Source: Heptranchias perlo (Eukaryota). Taken from it: a stretch of 64,000 nucleotides of DNA. The notes under the pieces are model-generated. The model was not told the origin of the DNA, searched no databases, and saw nothing but the letters and a program-made list of their open reading frames with translations. The stretch is from contig NC_090325.1 of NCBI RefSeq assembly GCF_035084215.1, positions 194,618,001 through 194,682,000 on the forward strand. The letters are read 5' to 3'. Made by a program: the position numbers and the translations under genes. Numbering within the stretch: position 1 is the stretch's first letter; every line of letters starts with the position of its first letter. Shown here one piece after another: positions 12,273 through 24,800 of this stretch.

Positions 12273-15200
12273 AGCATTTATATGGTCATAACTATCTGCC
12301 ATGCAAGTCACATATTGCTTTTAATAGCAGTCAGAATACATTGGTCTACGCAGTTCTTTATAAATTTTTAGATCCCAAATGTCTTATCAGTGAGTCAAAA
12401 TGTGAATTTCAATGAATACCGTTAACTGTACTACTGCTAAATTTCTCACTGTGCCGATCTTCTAAGTATTGCTGATTCTGCATAATTTGCATATTCCTAG
12501 GCAACAGTAGTTCCAAACTTCTCACTGTTTTCAGTTTATGGTCCAAATGACAATTCTTTTTCCTCTTCAAACTGAAAGTGACAATTGCATCTTTATTTTT
12601 TTGTTGAAATGCCACTCAAAGGAGTTCCATTTAAAATTTCAGAAACCTGCCCTCGGGAAAACAAAAAATCCATTCCTCACCGCAAAATAAATCATAACAG
12701 TAACGTGTAATATGATCGCCTCGGAAATGTTTTAAAATGTAACTCTTTGGAAACGAGAAGCCTTTTATCCAAGTCTCTTGTCCTTTCCCTCTGTTATTCT
12801 TGTTTTGTAGGAACTAAAAGGTAGTGAGGGAGCTTTCTACAAGCTGTGAAATAGACGGTATCCAAAGCATTTTGGCCGACTGATGGAATTTAACCATCAA
12901 ACGCAACAAAACTCTTTTTTTTATAAAGTACGTTAGCCTTCTTGTAAATATCCCGTGAATTGGAACAACAGTAACCGGCCAACAATTCTGACATGGTTCA
13001 TATTAAAAGTTATGCAGCATCAAACTCAATTTGTTTGCTTGAAAGTGGAGCTCAGTTTCAGAAGGTTAAATATTCAGGTATGGACATTGTTTACAGAGGA
13101 AAAAAAGAAATCTATTCAGGCCAATTAAGGGACCAAGGCTTAACAAATTGGGGGAACTCACACTTTAACATCCAGAGACTCGAGTACAAAATCCAGGCTA
13201 TCACACCAGTGCAGTACTGAGGGAGCGCTGCACTGTCAGAGGTGCCGTCTTTCGGATGAAAGGTTAAACGGAGGCCCCATCTGCCCTCTCAGGTGGACGT
13301 AAAAGATCCCATGGCACTATTTCGAAGAAGAGCAGAGGAGTTCTCCCCGGTGTCCTGGTCAATATTTATCCCTCAACTAACATCACTAAAACAGATTATC
13401 TGGTCATTATCACGTTGCTGTTTGTGGGATCTTGCTGTGCAGAAGTTGGCTGCCCCGTTTCCTGCATTACAACAGTGACTACACTTCAAAAGTACTTCAT
13501 TGGCCGTAAAGCGCTTTGGAATGTCCTGAGGTCGTGAACGGTGCTATATAAATGCAAGTCTTTCTTTTTATGAATATCTAGCACAATTTAAGAGGTGATT
13601 TGTTAGTTGTATAGTTAGCTACAGATTATCCGTGTTACAGATACAAGGAGGTTCATACACATTAAGGTTCGAGTTTGCTTAACTAATCACGACTTTGACT
13701 CGACTAAACACCGTCATTTTCATTCGCAATTCAGAAGCAAGTGTGTGTTTATTTATTTTACAAACCCTTTGGCAGTCTTACATATATTTGGCAGCAACAC
13801 TTTCAGCATGGAGTTATCAGGCCCCAGAAAATCCATTACCCTGAAGAAAATCTTGTAAAGCAAGATTTGGGGAGGGGAAGAAAAAAAATACATTTCTTTA
13901 CAGTGTGACAGAATTTTCCCTCCGATCTGCTGCTATGAATTTGAGGCCTGAGCTAATGGCTAGACAGCACGTTTCAACAGCCGAGTCTCGATATGAAACA
14001 TGACGGGAGGAGCATGCTTGGAGGACCCGATGAAACCTATTCAGGAGCAGAGCTCACGTTCCCACTAGCTGGCAAACAGCCCATGAGGTTGGAAAATAAA
14101 AGTGCACTGGTGAAATTGCCAGTACTGAAAGTTAGCAACGTCCAGTCTGGGTCATCTTGTTTTCCATCCTCACTGGACGGTTAATACCGGCCCTTCCTAT
14201 AAAATTTGGTCAGTGTCTTTATAGGTAACACATGGTCCATTTGATCTCCCGGACCGGTTTCACTCGTCGGAGGGGGGAGGTTGCAGAGAGATTTTCCAGA
14301 ATATTTTTTCCCTGAATGGCCCTGGATTTTTTCTCGTTTCTTTTTTGTCTCTCCCAGGAGATTATATGACTGCTGTGGGGGAGTAAAGGAGGCAATGTTT
14401 AGTCACGCTGCTCCAGCCGTCATGGTGTGTGTGTGGGGCAGGCTTGATGGACTGGCTGGTCTTTTCCTGCCCGTCAATTTCGGATGTTCGTGTCTGTACT
14501 GTGGAAGTAGCGTACAAGTTTATTCTCTCCTGGCCAGAGTTTAGTTATCTTTTGCTCTGCCGATGATCTCTGCGTTGCCTATTATGGTAAAATAGGAAAC
14601 TGCACCCTGGTACAGTGCCAGAATCATAGAATCATACAGCACAGAAGGAGGCCATTCGGCCCATCGTGCCTGCTCTTTGAAAGAGCGATCCAATTAGTCC
14701 CACTTCTCCTGCTCTTTCTCCATAACCCTGTGAATTATTTCCTTTTAAAGAATTTATCCAATTCCCTTTTGAAAGTTACTACTGAATCTGCTTCCACCGC
14801 CCTTTCAGGTCATAACAACTCGCTGCGTAAAAACATTTCTCCTCATCTCCCCTCTGGTTCTTTTACCAATTATCTTAAATCTGTGTCCTCTGGTTACCGA
14901 CCCTTCTGTCAGTAGAAACAGTTCCTCCTTATTTACTCTATCAAAACCCTTCAAAATTTTGAACACCTCTATTAAATCTCCCTTAACCTTCTCTGCTCTA
15001 AGGAGATCAATCCTAGTCTCTCCACATAACTGAAGTCCCTCATCCCTGATACCATTCTGGTAAACCTCCTCTGCACCCTCTCCAAGGCATCGACATCCTT
15101 CCTAAAGTGTGGTGCCCAGAATTGAACACAATACTCCAGCTGAGACCTAACCAGTGATTTATAAAAGGTTTAGCATAACTTCCTTGCTTTTGTACTTTAT

Positions 15201-15962
15201 GCCTCTATTTAAAAAGCCCAGAATCCCGTATAGTTTTTTTTTAAAAACAGCCTTATTGACTTGTTCTGCCACCTTCAATGATTTGTGTACGTGAATGCTA
15301 GCCATTATCACTAATGTGCACTGATGACGTATTCAGTCTCTAGATTCTTGTCGAAGAAATATAAAGCCTCACTTAACTACGCACAAAGTTACCAAAACAC
15401 AAAACACCTTCAGTACCACAAAACTAATCAGCGTCTCAAAAGAACGTGCAAAGGCTGTGCTGTGTGAATCTCGAGAAACAACAGTGCTTTTCAGTGAAGA
15501 TTTAAAAAACATATATAAAATAGAAAGAGTGTTTCTAACCAATGGCTTTCTTCCCTAGTTGAGCATCGGTTCGGAACATAATTTCACTTTGACAACATGT
15601 TAGAGAGAAGCAAAAATAAAAAGAGTACGCATTATGAACCAGTCCAGGCACTTGGATAAAAGTAACTTGTCTTCTAATGGGTGACAATAAATACCTCCCA
15701 TGGATCACAGGAGGATCTTATGCTGTGAGTACAATAGCCACACTTCAACTGAAGCTGCCTGTGTATGTGGTGACCTGCTAAATAAACCTGGAAAGTGTAT
15801 AATCATCCTGTTTGAAGCCTTCAAATCAGGGCTCAACATTTCATCAATGCTACCAAAGGGTGTTATCCTACAAAGCCCAGACCAGCAGTGTGCTAATTGT
15901 TGCGTTTTTTTCAAAAAAAAAGAAAAATGGATTGCGTTCATCTTCATCTGCTTATTTTTTTT

Positions 15963-16040
15963 TTATCTGTCTTTTGTGGTGAGTTTTTCAATCAGTTCCT
16001 GAAGTGGGGCCAATTCTCTCCTGTCCATGAGGTTAAACTC
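15963..16040 (-). CDS. MOB1B: MOB1B exon 6 coding part
   Basis: [25 protein letters not shown]; 78 nt. Confidence 0.95.
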   Translation of the reverse strand, partial: EFNLMDRRELAPLQELIEKLTTKDR

Positions 16041-18791
16041 CTGAAAATGAAAGACATGTTGTATTATTGTATGGCTACCAAGTTTGTACATGATGTAGCT
16101 GCTCTTTGCAGGGGTACTATAGCAATGAATGGTTGACGTCACATGTAACATGATGAATACACATGACTTTGTATTTGCATTACAGTCCCCGCTGCTTATA
16201 GCGGTATAGAGTTTAACGTTTAATGTAGAACATTAGACGAACCTTCCCTATCTCTGTAACCTCCTCCAGCCCTACAACCCTCCGAGATCTCCGCACTCCT
16301 CCAACTCTGTTCCTCTTGCGCATCCCCCCCGATTTTCATCGCTCCACCATTGGCGGCCGTGCCTTCAGCTGTCCGGGCCCTAAGCTCTGGAATTCCCTCT
16401 CTAAACCTCTCAGTCTCTCTCTCCTCCTTTAAGACGCACCTTAAAACCTAACGCTCCTGTGACGCGCCTTGGGACATCTTGCCACGTTAAAGGCGCTATA
16501 TAAATGCAAGTTGTTGTTGTTTTTGTACATTGCAAGGTGTACAATCGAGAAAAGAGAGAGAGCGAGAAATAAACTGAATCAAACCGCGGATCTGATACAA
16601 TTTGTATCTCTCTCTCTCTCTCTCTCTCTCTCCCCCAGATATTACAGGAAACACTGAAAAAACTTCAGGTAATTATTTTCCAGTCACTGACAATGAACCT
16701 CACTCTGTTCCAATTCCTCATATTTCAGGGCTCACTCTATGTAAATACCAGGCCTGTGGCCCCAGGTCTTTGCAGTGTGTGTGTGTCTGTATCCCGGGAT
16801 ATAAACGGGCAATGGGAGGGGGGAGATTGGCACCGTTACAAAACCAGCAGATTTGAGCCTCTAAAACCCGTCTCTTTGTTTTGGGTGAATAGTTGAGAGA
16901 CTTCTTTGCTGATACAATTTCCCAATTAGTATTACAGCTACAATGTGGGGATGGTAATATTATTTTAACATTCAGTGTGCCTTAACCGGGTCCGAACTGG
17001 TGAGTAAACACAGCCGTTTCTGCCCGAAATAAACTGAGCGTTTAAGACACTGTAACCGGCAACTTTGAAACTGATGTTAATGCAAATGGATAACGATTAT
17101 CGCTTTTTGGCCAATATAAGCAACTGCCCATTTTAAGCACGAAGGTTTTTAGTGGTGGGGATAGTACTATATAAATGCATGTTTCTGGAGTATTAAAAAA
17201 AAAGGTCCAAACTCTGACATTAGCTTTCTGTGTAAAGAGCCCCCTCCCCAACAAGGAGGGCAGCGGATTCATGAGCAGAACTTTCTGCCAAGACCGCTGC
17301 ACGATTTTCAGTTAGGCTGAGCAAATTTTATTCTTTCCCAAGCTCCCTATTTTTCCAGTCCTTCAGATAATTTTCAACTCCTCCTGTCCCCCCACTCCGC
17401 TCCCCCATACGAACCAGCGGAAAAGCAACTCCTTCCACAATGGGAAAAGGTTTGTGAATTCCCTCTCCCTTTCCTTGAAAAGATATTCTTAATGATCAAA
17501 ATAAATCCAATTGTCATGTTTTGACTATTTGGTCTAGAAGGGATATTGGGTTAATTGATATTAAGACTTGCTATTAAATTAAATTCAGCACACAATGAGT
17601 TAAAGTCGCACGAGATACAAGCTCCTGGGAACGTGAGTTAGATTTTGACAAAGTGACTGTTCAGAATGGTGTTTGTCGCGTACCATGTCAGTTTGAGACA
17701 ATGGGGTTTGACAATACATTTTAGTAACATTGATACATAATATTACTGGTACAGCTCTATTCATTCGAGCCCAGCTTGGGGGGGGGGGTGGGGGGAGTGG
17801 AGGAGAAGAGGAGGAGCCTGTTGGAGAGCCCACACCTAGGACGGCAGTAGTAGAATTGATTGATAGCTCAACTCGTCAATCTCAGACATGGAGAGCTGTG
17901 AAGCGATCAGAGGTCATGTTTTTGGTGTCCTGTCTAGCTGGAACTCGAGGTCCTTCTGCAGATCTGTCTTCCTAAGGTTGGAGCCGACTAGTTTCAGAGA
18001 TTTGCTAGACTGTGAAAGTAAATTTAGCCCATTAACAGCGATGTGTTTTGTTAATTTCAATGTTACGAGGAGCGTTATGAAATAGATTAAAGTTCACTGA
18101 TGACTATATTCTGCTCACGCTATTGTATGACGAGATAGTTGGCAGAAAAAGGCAAATTTTTATGGGCTAATTGATAATAAGACGTTGCTATTAAATTAAA
18201 TTCAGCACACAATGAGTTAAAGCCCCATGAGATACAAGCTCCTGGGAATGTGAATTAAATTCTGACAAAGTGACTGTACAGAAAGGCGTTTATCGCGTAC
18301 CATGTCAGTTTGAGACAATGGGGTTCGTCAATACATTTTAGTATCATTCGAATGAATGGAGCCAGTGCAGTGTATTGGGCCAGAATTTGCCGTCAATAAA
18401 ACGGTGAGGTTAATGGCGCTTGCCGGTATTTATGTGTAAACATCAGGAGAGGGGCAGATGCGCGGTTAATTGCGGAAATCCAAAAGTCACCGTCCGAGAT
18501 GCGTCGCTCCACCGTTAGCTTCGGGGAAATGGCATCGCGCCGTCTGCCTCACCGTTGACATGCGTTGAACGGCGTGAAGTTGCTGTATTTGCGCGGTAGA
18601 TACGAACTAAACTCACCGCAGAAAGTTAAGTCATTTCAAGTGTAAGTGCCGTTTTGATGGCATGATGTGTGTTAATTACTGCCAATCAACATCAAGTGTG
18701 GATTCTCATTCCTTCAGCTTTTAATTGTTGTTGGAGATTTTAAAAATGTAAATTTAAAAAAAATTTAACTTTTCCTTTCTGTCTCATTTTT

Positions 18792-18823
<32 letters not shown>

Positions 18824-21800
18824 AATCCAGTCTTTCTTTCCCTCTCTATTTCTCTTTCTGTACCTGATTTGACATTGAATTCACCCACTCTAATTTACAC
18901 TTCCTTCTCAATCCTTGTGCTGTTTATTTCCCAATCCTTCAGTCTGATTGATTAAGGAGATACCCGGTTACTTGCCCTGTTCACTCAGGTCCCAGATGCC
19001 CCGTTTCCCTCACTGAGACGTTACCAGCTCGCACTTTCAGCAACTTGACACGCAAAAAAATTTTAAAACCTAAACGTGCAGGGGCAATTCTAACTAACGG
19101 CAGAGGCTGTTAAGATGTCCTGCTACTGCAAAATTATGGCCCGTTATGTGTGAATGTTACACAAATGATTCTAAGGGTTGGGGGGGGTGGGGATTGGTCC
19201 CTTTATGGGAGGGACGGGTGACGCCAAACCCGAGATTATCGGGCGCAGACCCCAACTTTGTAACAACAGGACATACGATTCCTGTCAGAGTCTCTTACTG
19301 ATTAATCCGCGTTTGAATTCTAGAACCTCTTGCAGGAATTTGTCAACTGGCCGTACCTGAACAAAGAAGATAAAGTGCTTGAAGGAAGTATTCAGATGGG
19401 CCTCCTCCTGCAGTTGGATCACGGAATCAAAGTGCTGATGGTAAATATGGGCGTACACTCGAAACAGGCGTTTCAGGATGGTTTTTGCCACAGACATGAA
19501 ATTCCTTGGAAAAGGAACACCTAGTGAGAGAGAGTAGACTCGTTTTTCTACTGCACTGTGCTGGTGTTAACACTCATTAATCCAGAGCGACTCCTTGTCG
19601 AACAAGTAACGCTCCCCCCACCCCGTTCACTTCTCTTAATCATCATCCATGCAGTGCCTTTACTGCAGAAAACATCCTTAGGGCAACTTAGATTAGGAGG
19701 AAGAAGAAGAAGAAAAATAAGATAAATAGCTCTTTTAAAGAGCCGGCACAGGCATGATGGGCCGAACGGCCTCCTTCTGTGCTGTATCATTCTAACCAAT
19801 AAGACCAAAAGAGAGATTAATTGTCAATTCACCTCACTGCCGCTTGTAGGATTGCACTGTGTGCAATATGATTGGTTGCTGCGTTTTCTTGCATAGCAAC
19901 AGCCACAACACACTTAAAAATGAATGAATTATATGTGGAGTGCTCTGGGGCGTTTCAAAGAGGTGATCAGATGCAATAAATGTCTCTTTACAGAGATACC
20001 GAAAGGCAGGGAGGGGGACAAATTAAAACAATGTGATTGGAGTTGGCAAGGTTACGTGTACCACCACTTCAACGTGCGATATGTGAAGGGCATATTTACA
20101 AAGTCGTACAGTTTTTACAATGTTACAGGCATTGAAATATTGGATTATTGTCACAACAGCAACAAAAAACACCAAATATTGTGACTTTTATTAAATATGA
20201 ATCCCTCAAAATTTACTACCTTTTTTTAAAAAAAAAATCTACAGAGGCATTGTGAAGTTTAAAAGAAAACACATCAGAGTGGTCAAAATCGAGCTTTTCC
20301 CCCTGGTTTAAACTTTTACCTATTTTGGACGGGAAGAGTGTCTCATCGTCCAGTTGCTCCTGTACCCAGGTCATCAGGTAATCAATGTATTTTGGTGCTG
20401 AACATTTAATCGGTTTCTTAATGTTTGTTCCATCAGCCCAGTGATACTCGTATCTGGAACGTGGCGAGGAAAGACAGACAGACAGACAGTCTCATTAATA
20501 TACAAGATTATTACATAGAATTTACAGCACAGAGACAGGCCATTCGGCCCAACTGGTCTATGCTGGTGTTTATGCTCCACACGAGCCTCCTCCCTCCCTA
20601 CTTCATCTCACTCTATCACCATAACCTTCTATTCCTTTCTCCCTCATGTGTTTATCCAGCTTCCCTTTAAATCCATCTATACTATTCATCTCAACTACTC
20701 CTTGTGGTAGCGAGTTCCACATTCTCACCACTCTCTGGGTAAAGAAGTTTCTCCTGAATTCCTCATTGGATTTATTGGTGACGATCTTATATTTATGGTC
20801 CCCAGTTTTGGTCTCCCCAACAAGTGGAATCATCTTCTCTGTGTCTACTCTATCGAACCCCTTCATAATTTTAAAGGCCTCTATTAGGTCACCCCTCAGC
20901 CTTCATTTTTTTGTAGAGGAGAGAGCCCCAGCCTGTTCAGTCTTTCCTGATATTTATAATCTCTCAGTTCTGGTATCATCCTTGTAAAGTATGTTTCTAA
21001 ATCGTGCAATGTAACTTCTATATACCCAGAGGTATTATAACTGAATGGAAATATAACCACAAAAACATAAACTTCTTACTCACATTAGAAGGCAAAATCC
21101 AGCAATGGAAGAGATGAATTTCCAATACAGTGAAACTCATAAAATCATATATTATAATTCCATAAATCAAAATAACCCATTCAAAATCAGTGAATATCCG
21201 TGTGCACCCTGGGGAGTCATGTATTCTGGATTAGGACGACAATTAGCTTGCTGTGTTCTCAGATGCAATTGTACACTAATATCAGGGTTGTGCAACATCA
21301 CTCAAGTACATCACAACAGCTCATACAATGGACGTAGCCTCTTGGGCATTGCAATACCACTGTCTTCTTGGGACAACTCTCAAGCAGGAGGTTGAAATAT
21401 GTGATTGGGTTTCGTTGTGCTGCTCGCACTCTCGTCGAGTCACAGTCCAGTCTTTATCCCTCTTGTACCATCGGCTAAACTACAAAATAATCATCAGCTT
21501 AAAGCTAAGATGTAAAAACTATCTGCAGTCACTGAAACACTCGGACGCCACAAGGAGCCAAATCTCAGTCTACGAACCAAATCAATCAACTGCAACCATG
21601 ACTCCATACGTCAATAGGAAGGATGGTCCGTTATTTCTTACAATGTTTTTATCTCGTAACTAAAGTCTTTACGTGACTAGAGTACTGCATGGGTCCTGAT
21701 ATGAAATCGTTAAAAACAACTCCACGGGCCCCACTGAACACAGCCCACTCCAAACCTTTGTGGCTTATGTGCTACGCAGTCAACGCATCAGTGAATGTGG

Positions 21801-24800
21801 TTCAGGAACTGGGACCATGATACCAATAGATCGCTGACCCTGGTATCTGCTATTCTCTGCACCGAGAGCGTCCAGGGTGTTTGCAGGCATGGGCCACGCG
21901 TGAAGTTTAAACGAGTGTCACAGTTATCGAGCTCGTGGATGCCAACAGCTCTTGGGGTTCTGATTTGGGATTTATGCACCAATGAGGCAACACCATGAAG
22001 AACAGTCTTTCCCAAATCTCAACAAAACTCAAACAGGACAAAACAGCGAATGAGAAATGTAAACCAGAAATAGGACGGAGTTGCCTGGTCATTACGGGTC
22101 AGAGTGAGGGGCCCATCTCACTGCAGTGCTAGTATACAACAAGTAAAATAGGATGACTGCAGTTTTAAAAGCACAAAAAGCCTATTAGCGACACAGTACT
22201 GTAAATGCCTCTTTTATGATTTGGGGTCCAATTTGCTTCAAACAAACAGTCATCACTGAAAGGTTTCAGTTTTGACAAAAAGCAGAACTAGTAAATTTTT
22301 TTTTGTTTTGTCACACGACTGCACACAGCAAGGTCAGCACAGTCATGCGGAGAATGGCACGCAACACCGTCAATCAGATCACTCCTTGAGAATTCAGAAT
22401 TGTGCAAAATCCTGTTTCAGACACTGTTTCAAACCCTGGGCCCCAGTAAATAATTTCACTGCACTCTTTGCAAGTTATACAATTACTTTACAACAACTTG
22501 CATTCATACAGCACCTTTACTGTAGTAAAACGTCCCGAGGCGCTTCACAGGACCAATTATCAAACGAAATTTGACACCACGCCACGTAAAGAGATATTAG
22601 GACATGTGACCAAAAGCTTGGTCAAAGAGGTAGGTTTTAAGGAGTGTCTTCAAGGAGGAGAGAGAGGAGGAGGAGAGGCGGAGAGGGAATTTCAGAGCTT
22701 ACGTCCAAGGCAGCTGAAGGCACAGCCGCCAATGGTGCAGCGATGAAAATCAGGGAGGAGCGCAGAGATCTCGGCAGGTTGTAGGGCTGGAGAAGGTTAC
22801 AGAGATAGGGAGGGGTGAGGCCATGGACATAAGGATGAGAATTTTAAAATCGAGGCGTTCCCGGACCGGGAGCCAATGTAGGTCAGCGAGCACAGGGGGT
22901 GATGGGTGAACGGGACTTGATGTGAGTTAGGATACGGGGCAGCAGAGATTTGGATGAGCTGACGTTCACTAAACGTGGGTCATAAAGGAACTGAAGCCCA
23001 GAAATCACTGTTTGTACAAACATCTAACATGTTCCTATGACATTCCTCTCTCTCTGTGCGCTATGTTAACAGTGAGCCTAAACCCATTTTATTTTGAATA
23101 GGTTAATGCCTCTTTTAAAACAGCTGAGAGAGGAATGTCATAAGATGACGTCAAGCCATTGTACATTGATACTGCAAACAATAATTTCTCGGCTAAAATA
23201 CACTGCAATTAAAAAGATAAATCTTTCAATGTTCAAACCCAAATTATTTCCTCCCAGGGCTACACATCATTCCAACAAAAAGGCAATTGAGGCATCAGTC
23301 GTGGGTATCACTCTCACCTCTGAGTCAGAAGGTGGTGAGTTCAAGTCCCACTCCAGAGACTTCAGCACATTGCGCAAGCTGACACTCCCAGTACAGTGCT
23401 GCGGGAGCGCTGCGCCGGCGGAGGGGCCGCGCCGCGGGAGCGCGGACTGGCGGAGGGGCCGTGCTGCGGGAGCGCGGACTGGCGGAGGGGCCGCGCTGCG
23501 GGAGCGCCGCGCCGGCGGAGGGGCCGCGCCGCGGGAGCGCTGACTGTCGGAGGCCCCGCGCCGGCGGAGGGGCTGCCTTTAGGATGAGGTGTTAAACCGA
23601 GGCCCCGTGATTACATTTCAAAAGTACGTCATTGACTGTAAAGTGCTTTGGGACGTCCTGAGATTGTGAAAGACGCTATCGAAATGGAAGTCCTTTTTCT
23701 CTATTGATATTTTACAAAAGGTACTTTAAATACCTCTTTATGGTTTTCTAATTTGCTTATGATAGTCATCATTTAAAGGTTTCAGTTTTAACAAATAAAG
23801 GGGAAAAAGCAGAACCAGTATTTTTTTGTTTGTTTGTCAGGTGACTGCACGGATCAGCAATAATCAGCAGATTTGTGCGGAGAAACACACGAGATACTGT
23901 CAATGAGATCATCGTTTGAGAATTCAGAATTGCGTAAAACCTTGTTTCCGATACTGTTTGACCCCTGAGCCGAAATAACTAGTTGGGCTGCATCCTTTGC
24001 AAGTATGCTATTAATTAACCTCATTAAATATAAGAACATAAGAACATAAGAAATAGGAGCAGGAGTAGGCCAATCGGCCCCTCGAGCCTGCTCCGCCATT
24101 CAATAAGATCATGGCTGATCTGGTCCTAACCTCAAATCTAAATTCATGTCCAATTTCCTGCCCGCTCCCCGTAACCCCTAATTCCCTTTACTTCTAGGAA
24201 ACTGTCTATTTCTGTTTTAAATTTATTTAATGATGTAGCTTCCACAGCTTCCTGGGGCAGCAAATTCCACAGACCGACTACCCTCTGAGTGAAGAAGTTT
24301 CTCCTCATCTCAGTTTTGAAAGAGCAGCCCCTTATTCTAAGATTATGCCCCCTCGTTCTAGTTTCACCCATCCTTGGGAACATCCTTACCGCATCCACCC
24401 GATCAAGCCCCTTCACAATCTTATATGTTTCAATAAGATCGCCTCTCATTCTTCTGAACTCCAATGAGTAGAGTCCCAATCTACTCAACCTCTCCTCATA
24501 TGTCCACCCCCTCATTCCTGGGATTAACCGAGTGGTTATACATGGAATGGTTATACATCTAGCAGGACCTCTTAAGAAAGGCACTGGCAGTGTCATGAGA
24601 CCAAGAAAGAACTTGCATTTCTATAGCGCCTTTCACAACCTCAGGACGTCCTAAAGGGCTTTACAGCCAATGAATTACTTCTGAAGTGTGGACGCTTTTG
24701 TAATGTAGGAAACGCAGCAGCCAATTTGTGCACAGCAAGATCCCAAAAACAGCAATGTGATAATGAGCAGATAATCTGTTTTAGTGATGTCGGTTGTGGG

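Noticed and set aside
10500-15962. Exact 3' end of the MOB1B mRNA
   Set aside because: Several candidate signals on the minus strand (AATAAA at 13748-13757 and 12592-12597, ATTAAA at ~10533) cannot be ranked without transcript data.
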